DNA from: Podarcis erhardii
Lineage: Eukaryota
NCBI GenBank assembly: GCA_964252035.1
Contig: OZ176205.1
Strand: one strand, 5' to 3'
DNA length: 64,000 bases
Position 1 is the stretch's first letter. Each line of letters opens with the position of its first letter. The notes beneath the pieces were generated by a model. The model worked only from the letters and a program-made list of their open reading frames with translations. It searched no databases and was not told the origin of the DNA. Shown here piece by piece: positions 35,531 through 47,700 of this stretch. A program made the translations under genes and the position numbers.

Positions 35531-38500
35531 AGAGAATTGGCTAAATTCTTCCTTAGGGCTCCCAAGTTGCAACCTGGAGAATCTGATTTCACCTTTGTCT
35601 TCTGTGTACCTTCTTCCTTTGTGTGCTGTAATGGAATATTACAATCTTCTGCAACAGGAAGATCAGAGGAGGAATCGTCAGAAGCAGGGCTGCAGGACAG
35701 TTTCCCTCTGCTAATGCTATTAATGATAAATGTAAAATCAAATTTTTTAGATTGCAACCTAGCAACTGTATTCATCTGTAAAAGATAGTTACACTGAAAA
35801 TGCTTTAAACAAGAATCTTTGCATAGGAAATTTCAATTATTTGTTGTTATAGTTGGCTTAAGGTGAAACATTCAAGATGCTGATGAAAGTTTATCCTGTA
35901 GCTGTAGTCACAGGTACTATTTGGTTCTCCATGTAAATGCTATATAGATAATTGTATGTCAAGCAGTAAATACACTGCTATTACTGAGTTGGTTGCTGAG
36001 GATCCAGTGGTCTTTAACCAAGATACCCTGCACTCAAACCAAGATCTATTGAATGTGCTTTTCTGCTGGAACATATATTGCAGTTTATAGAGTGGTGTAG
36101 CTATGCAAATATTATTGTAGATTCATATTGGTCAGTGTCTGTAACATCACTGACAAACATAACTCTACCCACCATGACTGTGCCATTATTTATTTTAAAA
36201 ATAAAGTGCATAAGAGGACCTTAATCTATGATAAGTCACTATGCTGTGCTACGCATACATTGCTAATGTAGTTTTCTCAAGTCTGTGCATCTCCTCAAAG
36301 TACATAATGGTTAACATATGATAGATTAAAAATGTGATCTCTGGGCTGTGCACAGGCAACATCTTCAGTGAGAAAGGAAGAAAACCTTGCCATCTTTTAA
36401 TTACAGTGGATACAAACATTTTCATTCAAGTTTTGTTGCCATTTCCCCAATACCTAAACTGGGCACTTCAGACAGTTCCCTGAAACTGCTGTGCTGGTTG
36501 TATGGCTGTCAGAAGCACTAGATTAGAGATTGTCAGGTTGAGGCTAGAACTGGTTTGTGGCCGTAACTAAACCTGGAGAATGTATTCTCTGGCTCAGGGG
36601 TCCCAGACATCAGTAGTCTGAGAAGAAGAAGAGAATTGAAGCCTGAGGTGCAGTAAATGGAATATACTATTTTGTTCAAGCAAAGGCAGAAGTCCTCCCA
36701 TCATCCCTAGCTAACAGGACCAGTGGTCAGGGATGATGCGAATTGTAGTCTCAAAACATCTGGAGGGCCGAGTTTGCCTATGCCTGATCTATGCCATGCC
36801 TGGGCAGAGACTGATGCACACCCCTGTTTCCCTCTGTAGCCTTAGCACAACCCATGGAACTTCACTGGACCAGTCTCCAGCCTTGTACCCTGAAGTTCCC
36901 AATTCTAAGCCTCATAATCCTTAGTATACAGTAGCTATGGCATTATTGATGACAAGGAACTTGTGGGGGAATGTGTTTAATTTAGTTCTTTAAAAATAAT
37001 TCTTCTCAGGAAGCACTTCTTCACTGCAGTGTTGCAGTCCTTGGGTAGAGCTTAAAACATGGAGGACCAAGAAAAAAGAACCAATTCTCCATCAAGTAAA
37101 AAACGTTTTGGTGGGAGAAATCTACAAACCCATTTTATTTTGGCAGGATGTGCTTGCCCGGTTTAACCGTTTTAAATGGTGGTAAAGTGGCTCTTCTTCA
37201 TAGTGACCCCTCCACACCCATCTAGTTTGGCCAATTATCTTCCACTATTGGTGCAGGATTGGGGCTCTATCTATGAGTGCCCTTAACACAAGGAAGTCTT
37301 CCTTTTGCTTCTGAAAAATTACCTCCATACACAGTTTTAGGATTCTAAAAAAACAAAACAAAAACAAAACACAACAACAACAACCAATTTTGCATTCAAA
37401 ACCCACTCTACATGATGAATAGCATAATTGCAGCCTGGCTGGCTATGGTAGTGTGCAGCATACCCCTACCATTCCCTGCATGCTTCCGCCCGCTTCTTCA
37501 TTTTTATCTGTCTTTGTGTTCAGCTTCAGTGCCTGCCTGTGATTTGTTCAGTGCAAATGAGTTTGGAGATGACTCCTGTTTAAACAGTAGCGTGTATTCT
37601 CTCCACCTACCTCCTGTCCCAGTGGCTATGCCTTATGTCTCTAGAAGCATGTTTACTTCCTCTGTTTGGGTGCTTAGATCTTGCTTGTAGTGTCAGATTC
37701 TATTTACTTTAAGGAGAATGCTTTGGGGAAGCCAAAGCAGTTTCCCTTGACTTCCTGTTTATAGTTCAGCATGACAGAAATGGAAGTCCTAAGACAATCA
37801 TAACACTGAGAATCGTGTCATATTTATAAGAGACCGTAAGAGGCTCTTGTCTGTGAAAACAATACATTATTTTGGCACATGCTTAGCTTATGTTTACCAC
37901 TTTTCTCTCACCTTGACTTAGTGCATGCAGTGCTCTTTAAGCCTGCCCCTTCAATTGCTGTTGCAAAGGAGGCATAAGCAGGGTACATGTTCACCCTCCT
38001 GTCAATCTTTGGATAGTGCTGATTGAGGATTGTTCCTTGGCTTAGGCAGTAAATTGCCTGCTCCCAGTTGTGGACAACATACTATGGAAGGATACTTCAA
38101 GGATGACCCTTATAACAGTGGGAAGCTACTTTGGTACCTGATGGTACCAGATGGAAATATGCTCATCTAAATGATGACAACACTTACCTTCTTCAGAGAT
38201 CTGTGCAGTTTGAATGGTCAGACTCAAAAGCAGCTCTGTATATGTGTTGCTTCTAAGTTAGAGCATAGGCCTTGGGAAGGCAGAGGCTGCTTTCCTTGTT
38301 GCTACGATGGTGACGGGTCGCAACCTGTCTCCTCCTTCCTGCTGTTATTGGGCTCCATTCCCTCCCATTAGGGCTACATCACTCCAAGTGACACTGATAA
38401 TTGTCACTCAGTCCTCCAGGCCTTTGGATTAGGGCATGCAGTGAGCAGCAGCCCCCGAAAATGCATGTGACCCTGTTCCACCTTCTCCTTTAATTGAACT

Positions 38501-38593
38501 GGCAGGTGAGCTATGCTGATGGTGAGTGAGATAGAGATGGGAGGGAGGTGCTTGGACAGGGATCTGCACTCTGACCTCCCCTTATTTGTTCAG

Positions 38594-38727
38594 TCACCAG
38601 CTGGTCGAGATGAGAGTCGAGAAGATAAAACCACCATAAAATGTGAGACTTCTCCTCCTTCCTCACCCAGGACACTGCGGCTGGAGAAGCTTGGACATCC
38701 TGCTCTGAGCCAGGAGGAAGGCAAGAG
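38594..38727 (+). CDS. PPFIA4: Exon P (SPAGRDESREDKTTIKCETSPPSSPRTLRLEKLGHPALSQEEGK-S), 134 nt
   Basis: ttgttcag| acceptor, GAG|gtatag donor. LRLEKLGHPALSQEEGK is alpha-4-specific as I recall. Confidence 0.96.
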
Positions 38728-39199
38728 GTATAGGGGGCTGACAAGAGAGGGGAGGAGGGGCTCCGCCTACTGTAGGTAGCCAGTAGCGTACTGTATGTTC
38801 AGTTACATTGACAGGTGGATCAGAGGTTATGGAAAAGTAATCTGAAATCTTTTCCAATTCAGTTAGGAGAGTGTCACATTGGTGTTGCAGAATAAAGTAC
38901 ATACTTGATCAACATCTACAAAAGTTTCCTGCAGAATAAAGTACTTGATCAAAATCTACAAAAGTTTCCTGTGTCTAAAGCTGATTTTGTGTCCCAATTC
39001 TGATGAGAAAGGTACCAGAATTAAATGTGTACTGCAGTCTGCAACTAGCTGTTAGAAACCCAAGCATGCACTTTTCATTCCTTTGAGCTCCTTCAAAGAT
39101 AGATGGCAATAGCTCTTCAGAATGTCCTGTAGATGATCTGACCTTTCCTTTGTGGAGAAAACTCCTAGTAAAGGATTGATGAGGCATAATTGGAACATT

Positions 39200-39373
39200 G
39201 AGGGCACAAGGAGAAGGGGACAACAGAGGACGAGATGGTTGGACAGTGTTCTCGAAGCTACCAACATGGGTTTGACCAAATTGTGGGAGGCAGTGGAAGA
39301 CAGGAGTGCCTGGAGTTCTCTGGTCCATGGGGTCACGAAGAGTCTGACACGACTAAACGGCTAAACAACAACA
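39200..39373 (+). mobile_element. 5'-truncated RTE Bov-B LINE 3' end
   Basis: Encodes (I)EGTRRRGQQRTRWLDSVLEATNMGLTKLWEAVEDRSAW..LVHGVTKS, has a (CAA)n tail and an exact 12-bp TSD AATTGGAACATT (39188-39199 and 39374-39385). Confidence 0.9.
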
Positions 39374-40646
39374 AATTGGAACATTACATCTAATCACTGA
39401 AATGTCCATTAAATGACAGGAATGGTCATGGAAATGTGGCTATAACATCAGCTGTAGTTGAGTGGTTGGGTCAGTGATGTATCTCACCCTTATATGCCCA
39501 CAACTTTGTTCTTGGCCCTTTGCTTTCTGGCCTGTAAGTATGGCATTCTTTGCTCCTTGATTGCATGGCATGCAAATAGGTGTGAATTTGAGATGTGTGT
39601 GGTGATTGTTTTAATGACTGCGGATGTCACAAAGGCAGTGAGACTCCCTAAGGCAGTAAGAGTCTCTGTTTAATTCCTAAGAAGGGTGGGGATCTCTGCC
39701 AGGTGATAGGTTGGCTCTTCTCCAGACTGTTGGCTGTTATCTTCTCATTGTTCCTCTTAACTTTCTAACAGTACCTCTCCTTCCCATGAAGGCAAAGTTG
39801 TTCGGAAATGGAAGACTGATGTTTTCTAAGACTTGTCCATAGGGAATTTCTAGGGTCTTTCTGATAACTATCATTCCCTGTATTGAAAGAATAACACATC
39901 CCTTTACACTAGGGATGGGGGACTGGATCCAACTAGTGAGCCAGATTCCTAATTCCCATACCCGTGCAGGCCAACTTTGACAGTTGGACATAATGATGTC
40001 TGGTGGTTGACAGCTGTCAGTGTTCAGAGGAGGATGCTGTAGCCGGCAGATTCTGGAAGCCCCGTTTGGAGGAAGCAGAGGAAAAAATGCTATATTTGGA
40101 GGAAGCAATTTGAATGAAAACTGTTTCCTCCCTTGGTTATGCTAGGGAATTTCCAATAGGGAACTCTCTAGTGTAGCCAACCTAACAGGGCTCCCTGTCA
40201 GAGCCATTCAGCCCTGATTGCAGAGGAACAGTTGGGAGCTCACTTTAAATTTCTGATACTTCTTTTGTAGGCATGTCTACATCCGACCCACACCTGATGT
40301 AACATACAATATCAGGTGTGGGGTAAGTGGCCATGAGGAATGGCTTCATGGCCAAAAAGGGACATGTGTCAGGTCTAATTAGGTCCATGGAGGTTCACCA
40401 CCCTTCCATAGACAGAACTCCATTTTCCGTCTTTCTCTCGTTTTCTTATCCCCAGTCATTTGGCACATGTGGATGCTGACTGCTGTCCTCCTAAACAGGG
40501 AGTGATTGAACAGTTCACTGTGAAATGTATTAGGGATGTTTTTTGTAAAAAGAAGAAATGGGACTGACTCCAAGAGGGCAATGGCATTTACTTCATTGTA
40601 GCTGCTGACAGACTGAATATCTTGCTGTTTCTTTCACATCCTTTAG

Positions 40647-40813
40647 CTTTTTAGAGGACCAAGCAAGTAATCCCAGCAGCAGTAACAGCAGCCAGGATTC
40701 TCTGCATAAAGGTTCCAAAAGGAAAGGCATCAAATCTTCTATTGGGCGCTTGTTTGGAAAGAAAGAGAAAGGACGCTTGATCCAGCTCAGCAGAGAAGGC
40801 GCTACTGGGCAAG
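40647..40813 (+). CDS. PPFIA4: Exon Q (FLEDQASNPSSSNSSQDSLHKGSKRKGIKSSIGRLFGKKEKGRLIQLSREGATGQ-V), 167 nt
   Basis: cctttag| acceptor. The donor AAG|gtcttt is weak, but it is the only nearby GT giving the phase-1 junction required by the next exon. Confidence 0.88.
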
Positions 40814-40891
40814 GTCTTTGACTCTCTTCACTCCTTCTAAAGAAAGGTTTTTCTCTCACCCACCCTTAGTAAAAAGGAAAAATAGATGTCA

Positions 40892-41049
40892 GCCTGGATA
40901 GCTCAGTTGGTTAGAGTGCAGTGCTGATAACACCAAGGTTGCAGGTTTGATTCCCCATATGGGATAGCTACATATTCCTGCATTGCAGGGGGTTGGACTA
41001 GATGATCCTCAGCATCTGTTCCAACACTACAATTCTATGATTCCATGAT
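40892..41049 (+). mobile_element. tRNA-Ile-headed SINE with CR1-type 3' tail
   Basis: A-box TAGCTCAGTTGG, anticodon arm GTGCTGATAACAC, degenerate B-box GGTTTGATTCC, tail ggttggactagatgatcc...attctatgattccatga. Confidence 0.8.
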
Positions 41050-41611
41050 TTTAAGTGATAAGATCGGGATTCTATGCCAGTTATACCTTTTCCCTGAATT
41101 ATTGTAAGACTCAGATTATATTTCCCTTTAGTACTGGTGTGGATCATCTTTATATGGTGCCCATGTAAGTAAGTAGCACAGTGCAAATAAGGGAGGAAAT
41201 AAGGACAGGTGACTCAGTGGGGATGAGAAGCAGGCAGCACAAAAACTGGTGGAGATCCATACAAGGCACTAAAAGCAAACACTGCAGCCTATCTGAATTT
41301 GGGCTGCTTAAAGCATATGGAAATCAACGTGATTTTAGCAGTCCAACTGTGTGTAGGTTTGTAGCCAAAGTGGATTCTGGAGATGCAGAGCAGATAATAA
41401 AGTTGATGGCTTGATGATCAGTTGAAACTGCCTGTATTCACATGTAACACTAAGTCATAGTTAAGTTCTTGATAGCAAAGGAAATGCAACAACTGGGAAA
41501 ATGATGCAAAATATTTGTTGGGTAGATAAATTGGCTTATTTTTAGTTTTTGGGGGCCCTAGCACTTGTGAGTCACAATCTAATCTAATTCTTTATCTATT
41601 GTGTTTCTCAG

Positions 41612-41705
41612 TTATGTTGACAGATTCAGAGATAAACATACAGGACTCTCTTGGTCTTGGCAAACTAGGAGCTCAAGCAGAAAAAGACCGACGGCTCAAA
41701 AAAAA
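41612..41705 (+). CDS. PPFIA4: Exon R (MLTDSEINIQDSLGLGKLGAQAEKDRRLKK-K), 94 nt
   Basis: gtttctcag| acceptor, AAA|gtgaga donor. Confidence 0.94.
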
Positions 41706-42231
41706 GTGAGATTGCTTCTTTGGTATTCCCTTCAGATATGTTGTTTAAACATACTACCTTCAGAGAACATTTATTTGGCTGCCAAATAAAATGTACCTTT
41801 TGTACATTGAACACAGAATCTTTGTGTAGTGCAGAGGATTCTGGGAGGTATGCCAGGGTAAATTCTTATGTGGGGCACCAGCCAGCCCTATTAGAACTAT
41901 CACACTTTGTCTGTAAGTGACTCTAGTTACTTTCTTGCAGCTACACTCTGCAAGAGAGTATTGTTTATCTTTTAAAATTTATTAGAGTAGCTCATGGAAT
42001 TCTCTCCCAAGGGAGGTGAAACTAGCCCCATTCCAGGTGGTATTTAAATGGGCAGTGAACACACACTATGTGGTTTCTAATGGTGTCTAATATATGACTG
42101 GAGGTTTTCATTCTTCTCTTTTTTATTTCAAGGTTTTAGCTTTATTGTTTGCTACTTGATTTTTTAAAAATGTAAACCACTTGTTAGGACTGAAAACAGT
42201 ATAATTTTTTAATATCAGTTTATAAATTACT

Positions 42232-43080
42232 ATAATAATAATAATAATAATTTATTATTTATACCCCGCCCATCTGGCTGAGTTTCCCCAGCCACTCTGG
42301 GCGGCTCCCAATCAGTATTAAAAACAATACAGCATTACATATTAAAAACATCCCTGAACAGGGCTGCCTTAAGATGTCTTCTGAACGTCAGGTAATTCTT
42401 TATCTCTTTGACATCTGATGGGAGGGCGTTCCACAGGGCGGGCGCCACTACCGAGAAGGCCCTCTGTCTGGTTCCCTGTAGCCTCACTTCTCGCAATGAG
42501 GGAACCGCCAGAAGGCCCTCGGCGCTGGATCTCAGTGTCCGGGCTGAACGATGGGGGTGGAGACGCTCTTTCAGGTATACAGGACCGAGGCCGTTTAGGG
42601 CTTTAAAGGTCAGCACCAACACTTTGAATCGTGCTCGGAAACGTACTGGGAGCCAATGCAGATCTCTCAGAACCGGTGTTATGTGGTCCCGGCGGCCACT
42701 CCCAGTCACCAGTCTAGCTGCCACATTCTGGATTAATTGCAGTTTCCGGGTCACCTTCAAAGGTAGCCCCACGTAGAGCGCATTGCAGTAGTCCAAGCGT
42801 GAGATAACTAGAGCATGCACCACTCTGGCGAGACAGTCCGCGGGGAGGTAGGGTCTTAGCCTGCGTACCAGGTGGAGCTGGTAGACAGCTGCCCTGGACA
42901 CAGAGTTAATCTGCGCCTCCATGGACAGCTGTGAGTCCAAAATGACTCCCAGGCTGCGCACCTGGTCCTTCAGGGGCACAGTTACCCCATTCAGGACCAG
43001 GGAATCCTCCACACCTGCCCGCCTCCTGTCCCCCAAAAACAGTACTTCTGTCTTGTCAGGATTCAACCTCAATCTGTTAG
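42232..43080 (-). mobile_element. Young 5'-truncated L2-clade LINE (~850 bp): C-terminal RT/ORF2 part, 3'UTR and (TTA)n tail
   Basis: Stop-free frame NRLRLNPDKTEVL...SLGVILDSQLSM...SRLDYCNALYVGLP...LHWLPVRFR...AFSVVAPALWNALP...LKAALF, with many intact CpGs. Possible 5-bp TSD TTACT. Confidence 0.92.
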
Positions 43081-43159
43081 TTACTGGCTGTGAACTGTTG
43101 AGTGCATAGCTAGCTAGCAAGGAAATGGTTGTATTACTGCTTACTGCTTCTCCTTCCAG

Positions 43160-43241
43160 ACATGAACTTTTGGAAGATGCTCGAAGAAGGGGCATTCCCT
43201 TTGCTCAGTGGGATGGCCCAACTGTAGTCTCCTGGCTGGAG
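43160..43241 (+). CDS. PPFIA4: Exon S ([27 protein letters not shown]), start of SAM1, 82 nt
   Basis: ccttccag| acceptor, GAG|gtaagc donor. Confidence 0.97.
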
Positions 43242-44258
43242 GTAAGCCTGCCTCAAGCTCTGCAGATGATTAATGGTATCTAGTAGATGACTTTGGCTCT
43301 TTGTAGACAGGTTATTTACCATTTATTTCAATTATTTGACTTAGTGTTTTTTCAAACAACTAGACTCTCTACCACACATTGAAATGAATTCTCGCATCTT
43401 CTTTAAAATTGTGTCCCTAAATTAGAATATATTTTTAGCTAACCTATTTGAAGTTGCATATCAATGGTACAGTATTGTGTTGTTAATTTAAAGCAGCTGC
43501 CTTTTAATTTCCCACCAGGAGATAAATTGCAGCCTGGTTCCTATCTTCAATAATGGCTTCAGCCTCCCAATTATTCATCTATTTATTTGTTGTATTTGCC
43601 TCTGCCAGTTTCAGCAGGTGTGTTGCTGAGAAAATTTTAATTAGATTTGCAGTGCATTCTTAAACATGTCTATGCAGAATTCCCAATGAGAGCTTGCTCC
43701 TAAGTAAGTTGGTATAGGATTGCAGCCTTATTGTATTTGTTCTTCAAAGCAAGTGAACAATTTAATGCTACCATGTGTCACAGGTCAGGGCTGTAGATCT
43801 TTTCTGAGACATAGAAAGTCCATTTGTTTCATGAAAGCATAGATGTATAGTCTTTTAAAACAGAAAAAAGCACCTGAAGTTCACTCTAGAGTGGTGAAAT
43901 TGACTAGACCAGAAACCGCTTGAGTCAATTTTATCACTTTGTTTGTACTGAACTAGGAAAAGCAGCCACAATTAGAAAGATGGAATGGAAAACTTTTTTT
44001 TCTCTTGCAGAAAATCTGCCCTTCCCTCTTTCTTGGTTTTGTTTATTAAGCTGCCAATACTGGACCAAAGCTACTGTCACAATAGTGAGAAATCACTCCT
44101 ATTGCTCCCTATCAGTACTCTCAGACTAACAAAGTGGTTTAAGAAACTTGAACCAATTTCTGTCTCTCATCTATGTAACAATAATTCTGCTGTGGGGAAG
44201 GATGGGTATCTGAGTAGAGATGTAAACATAAGCTCACCTGTGACCTTCTGTGTTGTAG

Positions 44259-44501
<243 letters not shown>

Positions 44502-45443
44502 TAGAAAACTGCAGTTGCTCATTCTGTAGCCAACGTAAAGGGATAAAACCCAAGCCTAAAGCCTTTTAGTGAGAGGCAGTGTAGTGCAGGCTGTTGCTAG
44601 CATATTGTATTCTGGTAACATTTGTAGTCAGAGTTTGGTAAATCTTGTGCCTCGGCTGTAACTGGTAAAATTGATCCAAGAAGGCTTGGCCCTTACTTCA
44701 CCTTGTGAGAGCCAGTGGCTTTCCCTAGGGGTTCATTTAACTTAACATACTTATTTGTTGGCTGTAGTGGGAGCCTGTAGCCTTTCTGTCAAGATTACAG
44801 GTAAAATTGCTCAAAGGTATTGTACCTTGCCCACCTGTTTTGCCATTGCCAGTAGACAGTTCAAAACAACCTTATCTCTGGCTTGTAGCTGTTCTAGTGC
44901 TAGGTGTGCTAGACTTGTCCCTGTAATTAGTGACAGTAACTTGTTCCTGTTCACCCAGGTTTGGGAGGGCTGAAGAATACTAAAACTTATTGTTTTTGGC
45001 AACCTTTGATATATTAGTTGTGATTATTTTAGGTTCTGTTTAAAATTGACTTTTTATTTTCTTGTTTGCTGCCCTGAGCTCCTTTTGGAAGGAAGGGCCA
45101 GATAAAAAAATCTAATAAACAAACAAACATTATTTCCAGGGCACTAGCAGGATTGGTTGTATTTGAAGAGTGCTTGGCTCTCTCAGAAACTTAATCATAT
45201 TCTTGCTTTGAGTTCCTTGCTTACTGGGTGAGAAGTAGCAATAGGTAGAAATATAAGGAATAACCAACAATATGCTGAGAGATCTCGCCTTCCCCCTTCT
45301 TTTTTTCTGAAGAAGCAAAGGGCATGGTGACTTAATGTTTGGCATAAGCAGGGGAGGTGGAAGGAAATGGGGCAGAGCAGACAGAAAGTGGGGCAGTGAG
45401 GCACAGGAAATACAGGGCTGCAATTACAGGTCTTCTAATATGG

Positions 45444-45485
45444 GGTCACGAAGAGTTGGACACGACTAAACGACTAAACAACAAC
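45444..45485 (+). mobile_element. 42-bp Bov-B/Sauria-SINE 3' terminus insertion
   Basis: GGTCACGAAGAGTTGGACACGACTAAACGACTAAACAACAAC flanked by a 7-bp TSD AATATGG (45437-45443 and 45486-45492). Confidence 0.8.
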
Positions 45486-45818
45486 AATATGGTTGAAAAC
45501 TCTAAAGAGAACTGCATATTCATTCAGATGGCTTGGTACAATGTCTACCATTTGGGAAGAAAGGAGGTCTTGTTTTTTAAAAGCCTCAAATATTTTTCTG
45601 AATGAACTTAATGTACAAAAAAATCAGGATCTTTTTCTTTAATGTAAATTGAGCATGATTTTTCATAGCATTATTTTCATTTCCACAGCCACTGAAAACT
45701 ATTTTCACCCATACATTAGCCATGGTTTAATTTAAGATGACTTCAGATTAAAATGCTTTACTGACAAGATCACAGTTGTTCTTCCCCTCTCATTAATTTA
45801 TTTCATCTTTCCCCCTAG

Positions 45819-45881
45819 TCATCTGGAAATGTTTGGGTGACACACGAAGAGATGGAAACTATGGCAACTTCAACCAAAACG
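45819..45881 (+). CDS. PPFIA4: Exon U (SSGNVWVTHEEMETMATSTKT), 63 nt
   Basis: ccccctag| acceptor, ACG|gtaagt donor. Confidence 0.95.
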
Positions 45882-46045
45882 GTAAGTTTCTTCTGTGTGA
45901 TAGTTTCCTTTGTATAATTTGTCCTTCAGTGTCTGAGATCCCTGCCATCTCATCCTCATAAAAACAGGCAGGGAAATAATTTTGCATCTAATCAAAATGT
46001 AAGGCTTTTTCAGGACTAATGCTACAGTATATCTATTTCAGCATA

Positions 46046-46274
46046 CAGTCATACCTCTTCTTGCAAACACTTCATGTTGTGTTTTTCGGGTTAAGAACGC
46101 GGCAAACCCGGAAGTGTTTACTTCGGGTTTCACTGCACACGCAGAAGCGTTCTACATGGTTCGCGCATGCGCAGAAGCGCTCTATCATGCTTTGCACATG
46201 CGCAGAAGCGCTGCTCTGATTACAGACTTTTCAGGGTGTGAAACATATCGTGTCCGCAACCAGAGGTACCGCTG
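46046..46274. mobile_element. Tigger-like MITE, CpG-rich subfamily
   Basis: TA TSDs. TIRs CAGTCATACCTC / GAGGTACCGCTG. Three internal 'gcagaagcg' units. Confidence 0.8.
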
Positions 46275-47179
46275 TACTTTACTCATGATAAGAGGTTGGT
46301 TCAATTTTGGCCAGGTGATTCACTTCTTTGATAAAAATACAAAATGTATTGTTGTTCAGGACACTGTTCGTATTGTTGAGGGTTCAACAATCTTTGAGCC
46401 ACCTTTGGTGTTTACTCCATTGGAAATGTGAGCTATAACTAAATATATTATTCTTTTCTATCGGGTAAACATGACCCACAATATTTAGGAACCCACTCAG
46501 TATGCATGGTAACTGACTTATTCTAGTTAACTGTAACTTTTAAGAACATATGCTTAAGCTTGATTATTTTTCTTCCCTCCCATTCCCCTTCTCTTGTGTG
46601 TCATATCTTTTTAGATAGTGAGCCAGAGGGCAGGGAACAGCTTAGAACTGATTTTTGAAAGTTGCTTTGAGAGCCTTTTTGGTTTGGCAGGTTATGAATC
46701 CTGTAGATTAATAATAAATAACAGTAAAGGGTCTCTTTTGAGATGTATCCATAAAGGGTGACTGGCAGCTGTGCCTTTGCCCAGCCAGTATTTATGTAAG
46801 GTGACTGGCAGGTTTCTTGCTCTTAATTAAGCAGATGCAAGTGTAATGTATGTGGGTTATGCCTAACAAGAAGCACATTTATCTGCCTCATGTAGTTGGC
46901 AACTTGCTGTTCACCTATTTGTGTGGTGACCGCAGCCATAGGTAGCTAGCAGTTGTTCACCGGCACATGTCAGCATCATTTCCTTTTTTGTATTTCCTGC
47001 TTGAGAACACTAGTGGTTGAAGATGAAAGGTATACATTTATCAGGAAAACAAATTAATTTGTGGCTATTGACATATTGTGGCTACTGTTCACCCACGTCA
47101 GCCTGGGAGAAGAGGAGAGTTTTTGTCACCTAGAGATATATAACGAATGTGTGAGGCAAGTCTCCCTGTGGAGAGCATT

Positions 47180-47700
47180 CCAGAAATGGGGAAAAGGCCC
47201 ATTTTTGTGCTGCCACCCTCCAGTCCTCTTGTGGAAGAGAGCACATGAAGGAGGAACTCAGATGATGATTGCAGGGATGGTGTCTGTTAATATGGAGAGA
47301 GGTGGTCCTAAAGTATTTTGATCCCGAGCCTTTTAAAGGTCAAAACTAGCACTTTGAATTGGGCCAGGAAACTAATTGGCAGTCAGTGCAGTCAGACCAG
47401 GATTGGTATTACATGCTCAAACCCTCTTGCCCTGGTGAGCAACCTGGCCGCAGAAATTTGTACCAGATGAAGTTTCCGAGCTGTCTTCAAAGGCAGCCTC
47501 ACGTAACATGCATTGCAGTAATTTAACCTAGAGGTTACCAGAGCATAGACAGCAGAAGTTAGGTTATCCCTGTCCAGATAGGGTGCAGTGACAATGGATC
47601 CAGAAGTACCCTTAACCTGCGTTCCCACTACTTTAGAGGGAGTGTAGCTTCATCAAGAACAGGCCACCACCCCTCCATCCGGTTTAGGGAACCATCTACT
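47180..47700 (-). mobile_element. Old degraded L2 fragment (approximate bounds)
   Basis: ORF 47392-47628 contains ALVTSRLNYCNACYVRLPLKTARKLHLVQISAARLLT. Confidence 0.7.

Noticed and set aside
37470-37600. Pyrimidine tract plus cag at 37523 next to a TGCATG, as a hidden exon
   Set aside because: The phase-0 frame reaches TAA after 19 codons and no convincing donor follows. It may be regulatory, but nothing supports an exon.
40892-40966. Functional tRNA-Ile gene
   Set aside because: The acceptor stem does not pair, the B-box is degenerate, there is no poly-T terminator, and the sequence runs straight into a CR1-type SINE tail.
42335-43195. 286-aa minus-strand ORF as a host gene or intact retrogene
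   Set aside because: The first ~38 codons are antisense exon S and intron, read through by chance into a 5'-truncated L2. There is no endonuclease or RT catalytic core.
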